Position numbers and translations under genes: made by a program. Positions 38,789 to 49,336 of a DNA stretch of 59,794 nt are shown here, piece by piece. Source of the DNA: a virus (taxonomy: Duplodnaviria > Caudoviricetes); the IMG/VR virus record IMGVR_UViG_3300013131_004046, positions 1 to 59,794 of that record. One strand, 5' to 3'. Positions within the stretch are counted from its first letter, which is position 1. Each line of letters opens with the position of its first letter. The notes beneath the pieces were generated by a model. It ran no database searches and had not been told where the DNA came from. It saw only the letters and a list, made by a program, of their open reading frames with translations.

Positions 38789-39236
38789 TTTTTATATTTT
38801 TTAATATATCAGGGTTTTGTTTTACTGTTTGTATTGTGATTAGATCTTTAATTTTTGTTGTTGACCAATTATGAGATCTTGTTGTGTAAACAACATCAAT
38901 TGGTAAATGATCTCCAGTAAAACGTTTACCGATATAATCATCACCTAATATTCTAACATCAGGTCTATAAAATTCTATCAATCTTAATAAATCTGTTTCG
39001 TCATCATAACAAACAACTTCATCAATATATTTTATTGACATTAATGTTTTGTATCTTTCATAAAGAGGAACAACTGGTTTATACTTTGTGTTTCTTGTTT
39101 CAGAAGGATCTCTTTGTAAAAAAACCATAAAGTAATCACAATTTTCTTTTGCGGCTTCAAAGGTATAAATGTAACCCGGATGTAATAAGTCAAAGTTACC
39201 CGCAGTAAATCCTATTTTTCCTTTTTTTAAGTCCAT
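38781..39236 (-). CDS. Cytidylyl/adenylyltransferase (TagD/RfaE-like)
   Basis: G.FDLLHPGY, KPVVPLYER, GDDY, WSTT. Confidence 0.85.
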   Translation of the reverse strand: MDLKKGKIGFTAGNFDLLHPGYIYTFEAAKENCDYFMVFLQRDPSETRNTKYKPVVPLYERYKTLMSIKYIDEVVCYDDETDLLRLIEFYRPDVRILGDDYIGKRFTGDHLPIDVVYTTRSHNWSTTKIKDLITIQTVKQNPDILKNIKND

Positions 39237-39238
39237 AT

Positions 39239-40453
39239 TTAATTTATTAATGATTTATAAAACTCAGATCTGAGTTTTGATACGTTATTTAAATTGTATT
39301 TATCTTTTACGGTTTCGTATAGTTTTTGACCCAAATCATAAACTAATGATCTATTTTCATTTAATTTCTTTACAAATTTGGACCAATCACTGTGATTTCT
39401 TGCTTCATCAACTAACAATGCATTACCATCAACAAATTTACCATTTTCTAATGAATGTTTTAAATCAATGGTATATGGACCAATTTTTGATGCAATTAAT
39501 GCTTTTTTATAGAAGCCCGCCTCAATAACTTTAAGTTGTGATTTCATCCTATTAAAAATATGATTTTTTATAGGTGCTAAAGAAACGTCAAATTTGGAAT
39601 AGTTTCTTGCATATTCATTGACAGGTCTTGTCCAAACCCTAACGTAGTTTTCTTTTTCTAAATCTAAAAAATTACCATCCTCAAACTTACCAAGAAACTT
39701 TTTGTAATCGTCTGAAACAATTTTATAATTGTCAGTGAAAATTTTTTCGTAATTGACCCAAACCGTTTCTTCAGGTTTTATTGGTCTTTGTTTTTTTTCA
39801 CCTGTATTTGGATTAATTTCAGTAACAACTCCTCTTGTGTCAAAGCCACAAATATAATATTGTAGGTCCTTTTGAATTGGTAACAATTTTGGAACCATAG
39901 AATCTAACAACTTCAAATCATGTAAGTGTGACGATCCACCAAGCCAACCGACTCTTAATTTTTCGGACTGAGTTGTTGGTTCGTTGAATTGAGGGTCGTT
40001 CGGATCTATTGCATTTGGAAGAACCAAAACATTTTTGTTTAGTTTTCTGATTTCTGTTGCAAATATTTCAGTAGTTGTAGTAACGTAACTTGCCTCCCTA
40101 AGATTATTTTTTATTCCTTCATGTACTTTTCCTTGGACTATCAAATTATGTATAGGATGTTCTTTAGTTGGTAGCCAATAATCATCAATATCAAAAATAA
40201 CTATCAAACCCATGTTTTTGAGTTTTTTAGTAATTTCAACAGATTTTTGGTAATCTTGACCAATAGTCCTGTGTACATGAACTATTTGATATTTTTTCCA
40301 ATAGTTATCATCATCCAATCTTGGTTGATAATCAATATCTACATGAAAGTCGTTTGGATAATTTATTTGTAAATTTACGTGAGGATCTACTGATCTAAAT
40401 TTACCTACACCAGATTGGTCGGATGGTAATACTAATACATTTATTTTTGACAT
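39239..40453 (-). CDS. GT-B glycosyltransferase-like protein
   Basis: FDIDDYW, LPNAID, GWLGGSSHLHDL, LAP....FN..KS.LKVIEAG. Confidence 0.8.
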   Translation of the reverse strand: MSKINVLVLPSDQSGVGKFRSVDPHVNLQINYPNDFHVDIDYQPRLDDDNYWKKYQIVHVHRTIGQDYQKSVEITKKLKNMGLIVIFDIDDYWLPTKEHPIHNLIVQGKVHEGIKNNLREASYVTTTTEIFATEIRKLNKNVLVLPNAIDPNDPQFNEPTTQSEKLRVGWLGGSSHLHDLKLLDSMVPKLLPIQKDLQYYICGFDTRGVVTEINPNTGEKKQRPIKPEETVWVNYEKIFTDNYKIVSDDYKKFLGKFEDGNFLDLEKENYVRVWTRPVNEYARNYSKFDVSLAPIKNHIFNRMKSQLKVIEAGFYKKALIASKIGPYTIDLKHSLENGKFVDGNALLVDEARNHSDWSKFVKKLNENRSLVYDLGQKLYETVKDKYNLNNVSKLRSEFYKSLIN

Positions 40454-40504
40454 ATATTTCTGTGTAATTACAGAAATGATAAACTTATATTCTTAATAAG
40501 TCAA

Positions 40505-41098
40505 TTAACTTATTTTTTTAATTTTTGTAAGTTTACCTTCAAAAATGTGTTGACCCACTCTGAATTTAAAAACCTCATTTGATTTTTTTTCGGACTCAGT
40601 AAGTAATCCATTTTCAGACAAAACTTCTGTAACAACTTCCTTTAACATTTTTCTCAATTGGGTTGAGTTGGTTGAATTTACATTTGTAGTTGATTCATTA
40701 ACAATAGGTCTTTTTATGTTAGTACTTGTACTTTTTCCGCTAGCGTCAACATTCATCAGTCGAGAAGCTTTTTCTATCAAATCTTCAGACAAAACTGAAG
40801 ACCCATTCATACTATTGGGTTGTTGTATAGGGTATTCCAACATTAATCTTTTTATTTCTTCAGGTAATTTTGAATTAATAATTCTATCTTCAGTTGGTGC
40901 TTCAGATACAATTGGCCTTTGAACAGGGGATTCTGACATAAAATCATCAGGAAGATTATATTTTGCATTCACGGGTTGAAAGTCCTCAACTAATGGTGCT
41001 CCCGACATTTGGTTTGTATTTCTTGACATACCATTATGTTTGTCCATGATTTTTTTTGAAATCATTAATTTTTGCATTAAATCATTTTCTACTGACAT
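40505..41098 (-). CDS. Hypothetical protein
   Basis: 197-aa ORF. Confidence 0.7.
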   Translation of the reverse strand: MSVENDLMQKLMISKKIMDKHNGMSRNTNQMSGAPLVEDFQPVNAKYNLPDDFMSESPVQRPIVSEAPTEDRIINSKLPEEIKRLMLEYPIQQPNSMNGSSVLSEDLIEKASRLMNVDASGKSTSTNIKRPIVNESTTNVNSTNSTQLRKMLKEVVTEVLSENGLLTESEKKSNEVFKFRVGQHIFEGKLTKIKKIS

Positions 41099-41108
41099 AA
41101 TATTTAAT

Positions 41109-41492
41109 TTAATCGTATTTTGCGTTTATAATAACTCTTGTCATACTTTTATCACCCAAAGGATTGTAGTTTGGTCTGGGGGTGTCAAATGTCTCAAGTG
41201 TTGATTTGAAAGATAATATTTTATCAATTCTAAACAACCGCCAACTAGGAAGAGGTTTTTTACCCAAATAACCTCTATGTGATGACCCTTCATAATCCCA
41301 CGCCCTCAAAACAGGATTTCCTTTTTTACTGTACCCAAAACACACAGGTTCAATCATTCTCAATCCTTTACCACCTGGCTCATCACCATCGTAATAAATG
41401 ATGACTTTTTTTCTTTTCTTTATAGCATCCACCACTGTTGAGATAGCAGCTACCTCAACAATAAGATTCTTAAAAGAATTGTAAAGTTTCAT
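41109..41492 (-). CDS. Stand-alone WYL-domain protein
   Basis: AI..RK.V.IYY.....R.IEP..G......LRAW......WRLFRIDKI. Confidence 0.8.
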   Translation of the reverse strand: MKLYNSFKNLIVEVAAISTVVDAIKKRKKVIIYYDGDEPGGKGLRMIEPVCFGYSKKGNPVLRAWDYEGSSHRGYLGKKPLPSWRLFRIDKILSFKSTLETFDTPRPNYNPLGDKSMTRVIINAKYD

Positions 41493-41776
41493 TAAACAGG
41501 TGTAGTATATGGGTTTTGAGGTTGATATTTGTTAATTTTTACTTCTGACACTCTTTCGGCAATATCTGTTGAGGATCCCCCTTTTGAGCTATCTAAAAAT
41601 ATTCCCGTACCTTTACCATAAACATCCCCATCACTTATTGCGTCAGGGTTAACAGACGAATATCTATTTGTTTCTTTATAGTCATTTTTAGGGATTAATT
41701 TTTTTCTCTCTATGTCCGCATACAGAGACATTCTGTTTTCTGGTTGCGAAAAATCTAATGGTTCTAAACTTGGCAT
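41492..41776 (-). CDS. Hypothetical protein
   Basis: 94-aa coupled ORF. Confidence 0.7.
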   Translation of the reverse strand: MPSLEPLDFSQPENRMSLYADIERKKLIPKNDYKETNRYSSVNPDAISDGDVYGKGTGIFLDSSKGGSSTDIAERVSEVKINKYQPQNPYTTPV

Positions 41777-41777
41777 T

Positions 41778-42260
41778 TTAATTTAATTTTTTAATTAATT
41801 TGTTTATTCTTACGACTGATTCTGTGATTTTTAATTGATCAATAGACCCATAATGGTTTTGAGATGGGATATCAAAATCAACTAACCAACCAAGATCCTT
41901 CAAAGTGTTTGCATTTACATTATCATCATACAATGGTTCTTTATATTCATGATCTATTTTTTTTTGTGAACTATCCCCGTTTCTCATAGAGTTCAAGGTT
42001 TGATCTACCCAAGTTCTCATGTAATCACCACCATTTAATATAAATGGGTTGTCTTTTTTATCCCCCCCATAGTTGTCAAAAAAATTTTTTATTCTACCTA
42101 ATTGTTGATAGGTGACATATCCATTTTTTCTTAACTCTTCATTCCTTCTATGACCCTCAGTGTTTTGATCTGAGTTTGGAACATTTTGGAAGCAAACGGT
42201 TAGATTATCTAATATTTCTTTGGGTAAATAAATTACTTCACCATATAAATCTTTATTCAC
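41778..42260 (-). CDS. Hypothetical protein
   Basis: 160 aa; QLGRIKNFF..GG...W; C-terminal ITESVVRINKLI. Confidence 0.7.
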   Translation of the reverse strand: MNKDLYGEVIYLPKEILDNLTVCFQNVPNSDQNTEGHRRNEELRKNGYVTYQQLGRIKNFFDNYGGDKKDNPFILNGGDYMRTWVDQTLNSMRNGDSSQKKIDHEYKEPLYDDNVNANTLKDLGWLVDFDIPSQNHYGSIDQLKITESVVRINKLIKKLN

Positions 42261-43131
42261 TTTTTTTTAATATGTTAATTAATTTATTTTTATCAATACC
42301 TTCTTTATCTGCAATTTTTGAAATGCTTTTTAAATTTTTTTCTAATATTTTAAAAATTGTTGATGAGTCGTCATCGTTTGTTTTTTTTGAAACCTCTTTG
42401 GTTTGTGTTTTTTTTGATAACAATATTTCATCAATCATCTTTTCCATTTTTCCACTACCAAACTCTGTTAATCTTTTTTTAACAAAACAATTTTTACATT
42501 TACCTCGTCGTTTTAAATTTTTTAAACTATTATCTAAATTTCTATCAAATCCTAATTGATTCAATCGTCCTTTTCTTTCGTCAGGTTCTTTAACACCTAA
42601 TTTTTTTAAAATTTTATTTGCTTGACTATAGTTTTTTGCGTTTTTAGTTTCTTGTCCGCCGAACCAATCTGTTTGATCTATTTCATCAATGACATTTTCT
42701 TTTTCTTCTTCTGATTCTCCATAATAAACACGGATAAAAGGAAATTGACTTGCTCTTGCCATTTTTACTGTTTGATCTTGAGTTTTTCTCGGATGCAAAT
42801 CTAATTTCAAAATTGGAATATTGGACCCTAAAAGATTTCCAGTATCGTCAACTAACTCATCAAGTTCACCATCTACTTTTTCTTTTTTTACAGGTCCTTT
42901 TATATTTGACTTAAATTCATCAAAAAAATCAAATCTTAAATTTTTACCAGGTATTACCTTTGTCAACATTTTAGGAATAGAAGAAACCATATCTTTTGAT
43001 AAACCTTTTAAAAATGTTATTTCTTCTTTGGACAAATCAATTTCTTTATCTTTCAAGTATTGTTTTGAAGATTTCATAATTAATTTTACCAATTTGTTTT
43101 TGGTTATCATAGAATTATTGTCTTTTACCAT
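42253..43131 (-). CDS. Hypothetical protein
   Basis: 292-aa ORF preceded by TATTTAT on the - strand. Confidence 0.7.
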   Translation of the reverse strand: MVKDNNSMITKNKLVKLIMKSSKQYLKDKEIDLSKEEITFLKGLSKDMVSSIPKMLTKVIPGKNLRFDFFDEFKSNIKGPVKKEKVDGELDELVDDTGNLLGSNIPILKLDLHPRKTQDQTVKMARASQFPFIRVYYGESEEEKENVIDEIDQTDWFGGQETKNAKNYSQANKILKKLGVKEPDERKGRLNQLGFDRNLDNSLKNLKRRGKCKNCFVKKRLTEFGSGKMEKMIDEILLSKKTQTKEVSKKTNDDDSSTIFKILEKNLKSISKIADKEGIDKNKLINILKKSE

Positions 43132-43185
43132 CGGTGCATTTTTTCTATAAATACTTCGGTATGCCGTATTTATTATTAAAAAGGA

Positions 43186-45363
43186 ATGTCATATCAAAAT
43201 ATAAATCAATACGTTTATCAAAAATATAGATTAAATCTCATCTATGATGGACAAGATATGTCGTTAGCATCAGATGAAAAAGATTTTAATGAAGAAGTGG
43301 TTTTTTCCCCTTATTTGATTGCACAAACTTATGGAAAAAAATTACCAATAAGTTTTGACACCAATAATGACAATTCTGCACAAAATATACCTTTATATTA
43401 TAAAGAGTATAACTATAACAATATTGTTGTGTCAGAAAATTTTTATGAAATTGACAAACCATGCTTTAGTGCTGATTCTGTTTGTGACATTGGGTTAACA
43501 TCGATTGATAATGGATTGGTCAATCAAATGACAGGAGAAACTATTTTTTTTACAAACGGTTTATTTGCTGATTCGGTAAAATTTAATAGGTTGTATTATG
43601 ATAGAAGATTAAAATTATTTCAAGTTACTGGGTACACTTTACAAAATCATGTTTTTTCAGGAAGACCAAACAATACTTTATATGAAATGGTCTCAAAGGA
43701 AAATCCTTTGTTTGGCCGATACGTTGAGCTTTATGGTGGTTTTTATCAAGGATTTTACAAGTTGTTTGGGTATGACTACGAAATATTACCTGAGAGGATG
43801 AATAAAGGTTGGTCGGTAGAAATGATAATCAAACCAAGATTGGTGAATGAATTTTTACCAAACTCTGAAGAAACTACTTTGAACTCTATTTACCCAAACA
43901 ACAAAAATACCTTTTTCTATTTTGGTTCGAGAGCTGAAAATAAATTTTATCACCATGCTGACGGATCTCCAAAATGTTTAACAGGATACACAAGAGTTAC
44001 AACTCCTTTAGCAAATTGCGTCCAAACATGTGCTTGTTGTGATTACAACATAACAAATAGTAGATGTGTTTATGTTTACCCACCGAGATCGAAAAATAAT
44101 CAACATGACTCACATGTTGATTATGGTTGTAATATTTGTAACGGTAGTAAAGATATAAATTTAACTTGTGGATGTAGTTGTGGTCAAGAACCTTGCAAAA
44201 CTTGTGGTTGGGAATGCCAATATCATACTTGTGCATCAATTATATACCCAACTCCAACTCCAACACCCACACCGACCCCAACTCCAAATTGCGAACATCC
44301 AAAACCAACATGTACTCCTTCTTGTACAAAATGTAACGAATGTAATGATTGTTATCCTGCATGTACTCCAACAGGATTCACATCAATAGAGGATACCTGT
44401 GAGAAAGACCCTAAGATGGACATTTTATCTAATAACATTTCGTTTAGATTATGCGGAGACCCAAAAAATCCAAGTATTGGTGTAAGAGTTTTAAAAATTA
44501 CCGGGTCTTGTGAAACAACTGGTACTTGTCCAACTGGATTGACTTTTGTGACAGGTTATACAATACAGGACATTTGTACCGATCCAATATACCCAAGATG
44601 TGAAATAGAATGTCCTGAGTGGTTAGATTTGGAGCATTGGATACAATTAGATTTTGTATGGGAACGATATACTTATTTTGACTTATGTGATTTATTTTAT
44701 TTTGGAGGTTTGGGGGATATAACAAAAGTAGAGTATTTAGATTCCTTGGCAAATAGTGCTGTAAATTTAATAGAACCCCCAATTACAACTGGAAAAGAAA
44801 TTGCAAAAACTGTTGAGATAGTTAAATTAAACGATAGGTGGTTAGAAGATGAAAAATATAGAAGAGGTAGATTAAAAATTTATGTTAATGGAAAAATATT
44901 TTATGTAATAAATGATTTTGAAGAGGTAATACCAAGAGCTTTAAATACCGATAAAGAAAAACAAATTGGGGTCCCTTTCAATATTTCGTGGGGTGGAGGA
45001 ACACAGGGACTACATGAAAATTTAACATTTTCGTCTTGTACAGGATTAACTTCCAATTACATACAAGATCCAGAATGTTTCCCAAATAATATATTAAGCG
45101 GGACCTCATTTTCTGCATTAACAACAAACATACTTTTAGAAAAATATTTTGCAGGAACTTTTGAAGGTGGAATAAGTCAATTCAGAATGTATGTTGAGCC
45201 ATTGTCTTCTGACGAAGTGAAACATAATTTTAAAATTTTAAAAAATAAATTTAGATTATTCGATCCAGATTGTCCAAATTGCGATCCAAAAGAATGTCTA
45301 CCAAATGATCTTACATATGTCATTAACAATTCGGTCACAACAACAACAACAATTTTATTATGA
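43186..45363 (+). CDS. Putative virion structural protein: LamG/ConA-like beta-sandwich interrupted by a Cys-rich and PT-repeat insert
   Basis: [30 protein letters not shown] (LamG-like); more than 30 Cys; (PT)n. Confidence 0.65.
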   Translation: MSYQNINQYVYQKYRLNLIYDGQDMSLASDEKDFNEEVVFSPYLIAQTYGKKLPISFDTNNDNSAQNIPLYYKEYNYNNIVVSENFYEIDKPCFSADSVCDIGLTSIDNGLVNQMTGETIFFTNGLFADSVKFNRLYYDRRLKLFQVTGYTLQNHVFSGRPNNTLYEMVSKENPLFGRYVELYGGFYQGFYKLFGYDYEILPERMNKGWSVEMIIKPRLVNEFLPNSEETTLNSIYPNNKNTFFYFGSRAENKFYHHADGSPKCLTGYTRVTTPLANCVQTCACCDYNITNSRCVYVYPPRSKNNQHDSHVDYGCNICNGSKDINLTCGCSCGQEPCKTCGWECQYHTCASIIYPTPTPTPTPTPTPNCEHPKPTCTPSCTKCNECNDCYPACTPTGFTSIEDTCEKDPKMDILSNNISFRLCGDPKNPSIGVRVLKITGSCETTGTCPTGLTFVTGYTIQDICTDPIYPRCEIECPEWLDLEHWIQLDFVWERYTYFDLCDLFYFGGLGDITKVEYLDSLANSAVNLIEPPITTGKEIAKTVEIVKLNDRWLEDEKYRRGRLKIYVNGKIFYVINDFEEVIPRALNTDKEKQIGVPFNISWGGGTQGLHENLTFSSCTGLTSNYIQDPECFPNNILSGTSFSALTTNILLEKYFAGTFEGGISQFRMYVEPLSSDEVKHNFKILKNKFRLFDPDCPNCDPKECLPNDLTYVINNSVTTTTTILL

Positions 45364-45794
45364 GTTTAAGTGTTACAATAGAAAGTTTAAATTATGATGG
45401 AGAAGAAGCCCAAGTTCTTTTTAAACCAGATAATAGTAATGATGTTATTAATTTGGGAAATGTAATTTTACCTTTTATTTTTTATCCGAGTTTATTGATA
45501 CCACCAAGAGAAATTTATGGTTCATATACTGTTGTAGTAGATTCCACAAATTGCAGACCAAACTGCGTTAATATGTTAAATATACCAAGACCCACCCCAA
45601 CACCAACTCCGAATGTTACTCCAACAAAAACCACAACACCAACTCTGACCCCAACAATCACACCAACACCATCTATCGATCCTTGTAAAATACCCAGTCC
45701 TACCCCAACATCGACATTAACTCCGACACCTACACCAACCAAAACCACAACTCCAACACCAACACCAAGTTGGAATCCGTGTATTACACTATAA
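45360..45794 (+). CDS. Pro/Thr-repeat (mucin-like) protein
   Basis: Two (PT)n tracts. Confidence 0.75.
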   Translation: MSLSVTIESLNYDGEEAQVLFKPDNSNDVINLGNVILPFIFYPSLLIPPREIYGSYTVVVDSTNCRPNCVNMLNIPRPTPTPTPNVTPTKTTTPTLTPTITPTPSIDPCKIPSPTPTSTLTPTPTPTKTTTPTPTPSWNPCITL

Positions 45795-45906
45795 TTTTTT
45801 GAGTTAGAGATTGAGTTTAAATTCAGATAGTTCGAAATCCATAATAATTAGATGATTTTTTCTAAATATTTTTTATTATTCTATAAAAAAACAAAACTAT
45901 CTATTG

Positions 45907-48768
45907 ATGAAAATTAATATATTATACGTTGTTCCTCACTTATCAACAGGAGGGATGCCTCAATTTGTTTTAAAAAGAATTCAATCTTTACCAAATAACT
46001 TTAACGTAAAACTTGTTGAGTATTCGTTTTTTGGAGATCAGTATGTTGTTCAAAGAAATAAAATAATAGATCTGATAGGTAAAAATAATTTTCATTCATT
46101 GGGAACATCAGACCAAATTGAAAAAAAATATAAGTTAATTGATATTATAAAAGAAAATCAAATTGATGTCGTTCATATTGAAGAAATTTCTGAAGGATTT
46201 GAAAGTTTTAATCAAATTCCAATTAGTATTCTAAATGAGTTATATGATAACAAAAGAACTTGGAAGATTGTTGAGACGTGTCATAACATTTGGTTTGATT
46301 CAAAAAACAGAAAATTTCATCCTGACTCATATTTGTTTGTAACTCCATATCATATCAAAACCTTTGAATTGGAAAAAGTTTATAAAGAAGTTCTTCAATA
46401 CCCAATTGAAAATAAAAAACCATCAATACTTAAAAAAATCCAAACCAAAGAAAAATTAAACTTTGACTTAAAAAAAATTCATGTTTTGAATGTTGGTTTA
46501 TGGACACAAGGAAAAAATCAAAAAGAAGGAATTGAAGTTGCAAGGTTTTTAGAAAAAACTCACCTTTATTTACATTTTCATTTTGTTGGAAATCAAGCGA
46601 AAAATTTCAAATCATATTGGGAACCAACTATGAATGATTTACCAACTAACGTTACAATATGGAAAGAAAGAAATGATGTTGAATTGTTTATGATCGCGTC
46701 AGACTTTTTTATGTTTAACTCAACTTGGGAATGTAATCCGTTGGTATTAAAAGAGTCTATATCGTATGGTTTAAAAATATTAGCAAGAGACCTACCACAA
46801 TATTGTGATATGTATAAAAATTACATTAAACTAATCGAGTCTGATAAAATTTCAGATATATCAAACAATCTACTTGATCTAATAAATTCTAATTTTAATT
46901 ACGATGTTTGTTACGATTATGAATTTTCAAATCAATTATCTGATTTCTATTTTAAAGTTATGGGATTGGATTTTACCAAAAACAATAAAGTAATTAAAGA
47001 CATAAAAATAAATAGACATTTTGTTTTGAATCCATTTATAGAAATACTCTCTAAAGATAGTAGTTTATATGAAGTGAATTTTTATGATCAGAATGATAAT
47101 CTTACATATTTTAACAAAATAAAAAACAATTCTTGGGTTAAATTATATCGACAATATTACACAAAGTGGAAAACAGAAATAAAAGAAAACGGTCAGGTTA
47201 TTTTTTTTGATGATTTAAATTTAGAAAACAAACGAGTTTATATTTCTTTTGAATCAAAATCTTTGGGTGATACATTGGCTTGGATTCCATACTGTGAAGA
47301 GTTTAGAAAAAAACATAATTGCAAACTTATTGTTTCGACTTTTTTAAATGATTTATTTGTCGATCACTATTCTGAAATAGAATTTGTTAAACCAGGGAGT
47401 TCTGTATCTGACGTTTTTTGTCGATATCAATTAGGTTGGTTCTATAATCAAAATAATGAATTTGATTTAAATAAACACCCACACGATTTTAAACTACAAC
47501 CATTACAAAAAACCGCAACAGATATATTAGGTTTAGAGTATGAAGAAATAAAACCAAGACTTAATTTACCGATTATACCAAAAAAGAAAAAAGTAGGTAT
47601 TGGATTTCATTCAACGGCTCAAGCTAAATATTGGAACAATCCAAATGGTTGGCAAGGTGTTGTTGATTATTTAACATCACAAGGATATGAATGTATGATT
47701 TACTCTAAAGAAGGTAATGGATACATGGGAAATAATTATCCAAAAGGAGTTACACTATTTAGTGGTGGTAACTTAGAACAAGTAATAAATGATTTATTAA
47801 GTTGTGAATTTTTTATAGGTTTAGGTTCAGGACTTTCATGGTTAGCTTGGGCTTGTAAGTTACCGGTAGTTCTCATTTCGGGATTTAGTGAAAAATTCGT
47901 TGAAACAAAATTAGATACGTATCGAGTTATTAACGAAAATGTATGTCATGGATGTTTTAATAAAGAAAGATTAAATGCTGGTGATTGGAATTGGTGCCCA
48001 TTACATAAAGGAACTGAAAAAATGTTCGAATGTTCCAAACAAATAACATCAGAAATGGTAATAAAAGAAATAAATAAAATTATGAACAAAGAAAAAAATA
48101 CATTTCGAGTGGATGAGGTTTTGTTTGATTGGGGTAAAAAAAGCGAATGGTATGTTAGTCAAGCGACTAAAGAAATATTCGAATATAACATATATGAAAG
48201 ATTATTTGAAGTAGAAGAAGGGGATATTGTGGTTGATTTAGGAGCATCATTAGGACCATTTACATATTCAATACTTTCTAAAAATCCAAAAGAATGTTTC
48301 GTTGTGGAACCTTTAACCTACCATGTTGATATTTTGAAAAAAAATCTAAATCGAAATAATGTAAAAATTATACAAGGGGCCATTTCGGATAAGAAAAAAT
48401 TAGAAATTACCTGGGATGGAATTACAGAAATTTCACCAACATTTACTTTTGAAGAATTTGTCTTTGAAAATAATATTAAAAAAATAGATTTTTTGAAATG
48501 TGATTGTGAAGGAGGTGAGTATGATGTTTTCTCAAAAGGAAATATTGAGTTTCTGAAAACGATCCCAAAAATTGTTGTTGAATTTCATTTAAGAGATAAC
48601 GAAGATTACCACCAATGTAAGTTCAGATGGTTTAGAGATAATATATTAAATAATTTTGAAAATTTTGAGGTTTATTCTTTGGATGGTGTTGATATAAAAT
48701 GGAATTTATGGAATGAACACTTCATTGAATATTATAACGAAGTAATAATTTACATAGATAATAAATAG
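45907..48768 (+). CDS. Tri-domain fusion: GT4-like glycosyltransferase + Aah/TibC-type protein O-heptosyltransferase + FkbM-type methyltransferase
   Basis: PHLSTGGMP/E..PLVLKE; SLGDTLAW, QPLQKTATDILG, GLGSGLSWLAW, CHGCFN...WCP.H.....FEC; VVDLGASLG, LKCDCEGGE. Confidence 0.85.
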   Translation: MKINILYVVPHLSTGGMPQFVLKRIQSLPNNFNVKLVEYSFFGDQYVVQRNKIIDLIGKNNFHSLGTSDQIEKKYKLIDIIKENQIDVVHIEEISEGFESFNQIPISILNELYDNKRTWKIVETCHNIWFDSKNRKFHPDSYLFVTPYHIKTFELEKVYKEVLQYPIENKKPSILKKIQTKEKLNFDLKKIHVLNVGLWTQGKNQKEGIEVARFLEKTHLYLHFHFVGNQAKNFKSYWEPTMNDLPTNVTIWKERNDVELFMIASDFFMFNSTWECNPLVLKESISYGLKILARDLPQYCDMYKNYIKLIESDKISDISNNLLDLINSNFNYDVCYDYEFSNQLSDFYFKVMGLDFTKNNKVIKDIKINRHFVLNPFIEILSKDSSLYEVNFYDQNDNLTYFNKIKNNSWVKLYRQYYTKWKTEIKENGQVIFFDDLNLENKRVYISFESKSLGDTLAWIPYCEEFRKKHNCKLIVSTFLNDLFVDHYSEIEFVKPGSSVSDVFCRYQLGWFYNQNNEFDLNKHPHDFKLQPLQKTATDILGLEYEEIKPRLNLPIIPKKKKVGIGFHSTAQAKYWNNPNGWQGVVDYLTSQGYECMIYSKEGNGYMGNNYPKGVTLFSGGNLEQVINDLLSCEFFIGLGSGLSWLAWACKLPVVLISGFSEKFVETKLDTYRVINENVCHGCFNKERLNAGDWNWCPLHKGTEKMFECSKQITSEMVIKEINKIMNKEKNTFRVDEVLFDWGKKSEWYVSQATKEIFEYNIYERLFEVEEGDIVVDLGASLGPFTYSILSKNPKECFVVEPLTYHVDILKKNLNRNNVKIIQGAISDKKKLEITWDGITEISPTFTFEEFVFENNIKKIDFLKCDCEGGEYDVFSKGNIEFLKTIPKIVVEFHLRDNEDYHQCKFRWFRDNILNNFENFEVYSLDGVDIKWNLWNEHFIEYYNEVIIYIDNK

Positions 48769-49335
48769 TTAACCACAAGGACCAATAGTTTCCCAAACTA
48801 AATCTCTACCAACGGTATGCCACCAATATATCGACACACCATCAGAATAAAAACCTTCAGGTGCATAATCACCACCACAACCACCGAATGTGTAAAGAAG
48901 ACTGTTTGTAGAGTCAAAACTATAAAATGAAGCACCGGCAGAACATGCAATGCCAGGAGCTTCACCAAATGAAAAAGACATATCGTCACAAGTAGGTGTT
49001 GGGCAATTACCTGCTGGGGTTAAAACTCCATTAGATACTAAATGAATTCGTCTACCATCAGAATAAAATCCATTAGGTGCCACATTCAAACCATCACCGC
49101 AAAAACCATTCAGATATAATATTCCATTACTACCCACCAAATACTGTATTAGTGATGCACTACAAGCTGCGGTAATTGGAGTTGTTGTACCATCACTAAA
49201 ACCATATTCGACAGTCTTGCAAACTACAGATGGCGGTACAACAACACCTCCGATTTTAGTTATAGATGCTTTAGGTATCCCTCCGATTTTTACAATGTTT
49301 TCCCAAGGAACCCCAATTACTTTAGTTATCGACAT
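48769..49335 (-). CDS. Cys/Gly-rich protein with two repeated AP.GFYSDG modules (start MSITKVIG)
   Basis: I.K(V/I).G repeats at the N-terminus; duplicated AC...LY..G.CG...AP.GFYSDG. Confidence 0.7.
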   Translation of the reverse strand: MSITKVIGVPWENIVKIGGIPKASITKIGGVVVPPSVVCKTVEYGFSDGTTTPITAACSASLIQYLVGSNGILYLNGFCGDGLNVAPNGFYSDGRRIHLVSNGVLTPAGNCPTPTCDDMSFSFGEAPGIACSAGASFYSFDSTNSLLYTFGGCGGDYAPEGFYSDGVSIYWWHTVGRDLVWETIGPCG

Positions 49336-49336
49336 A

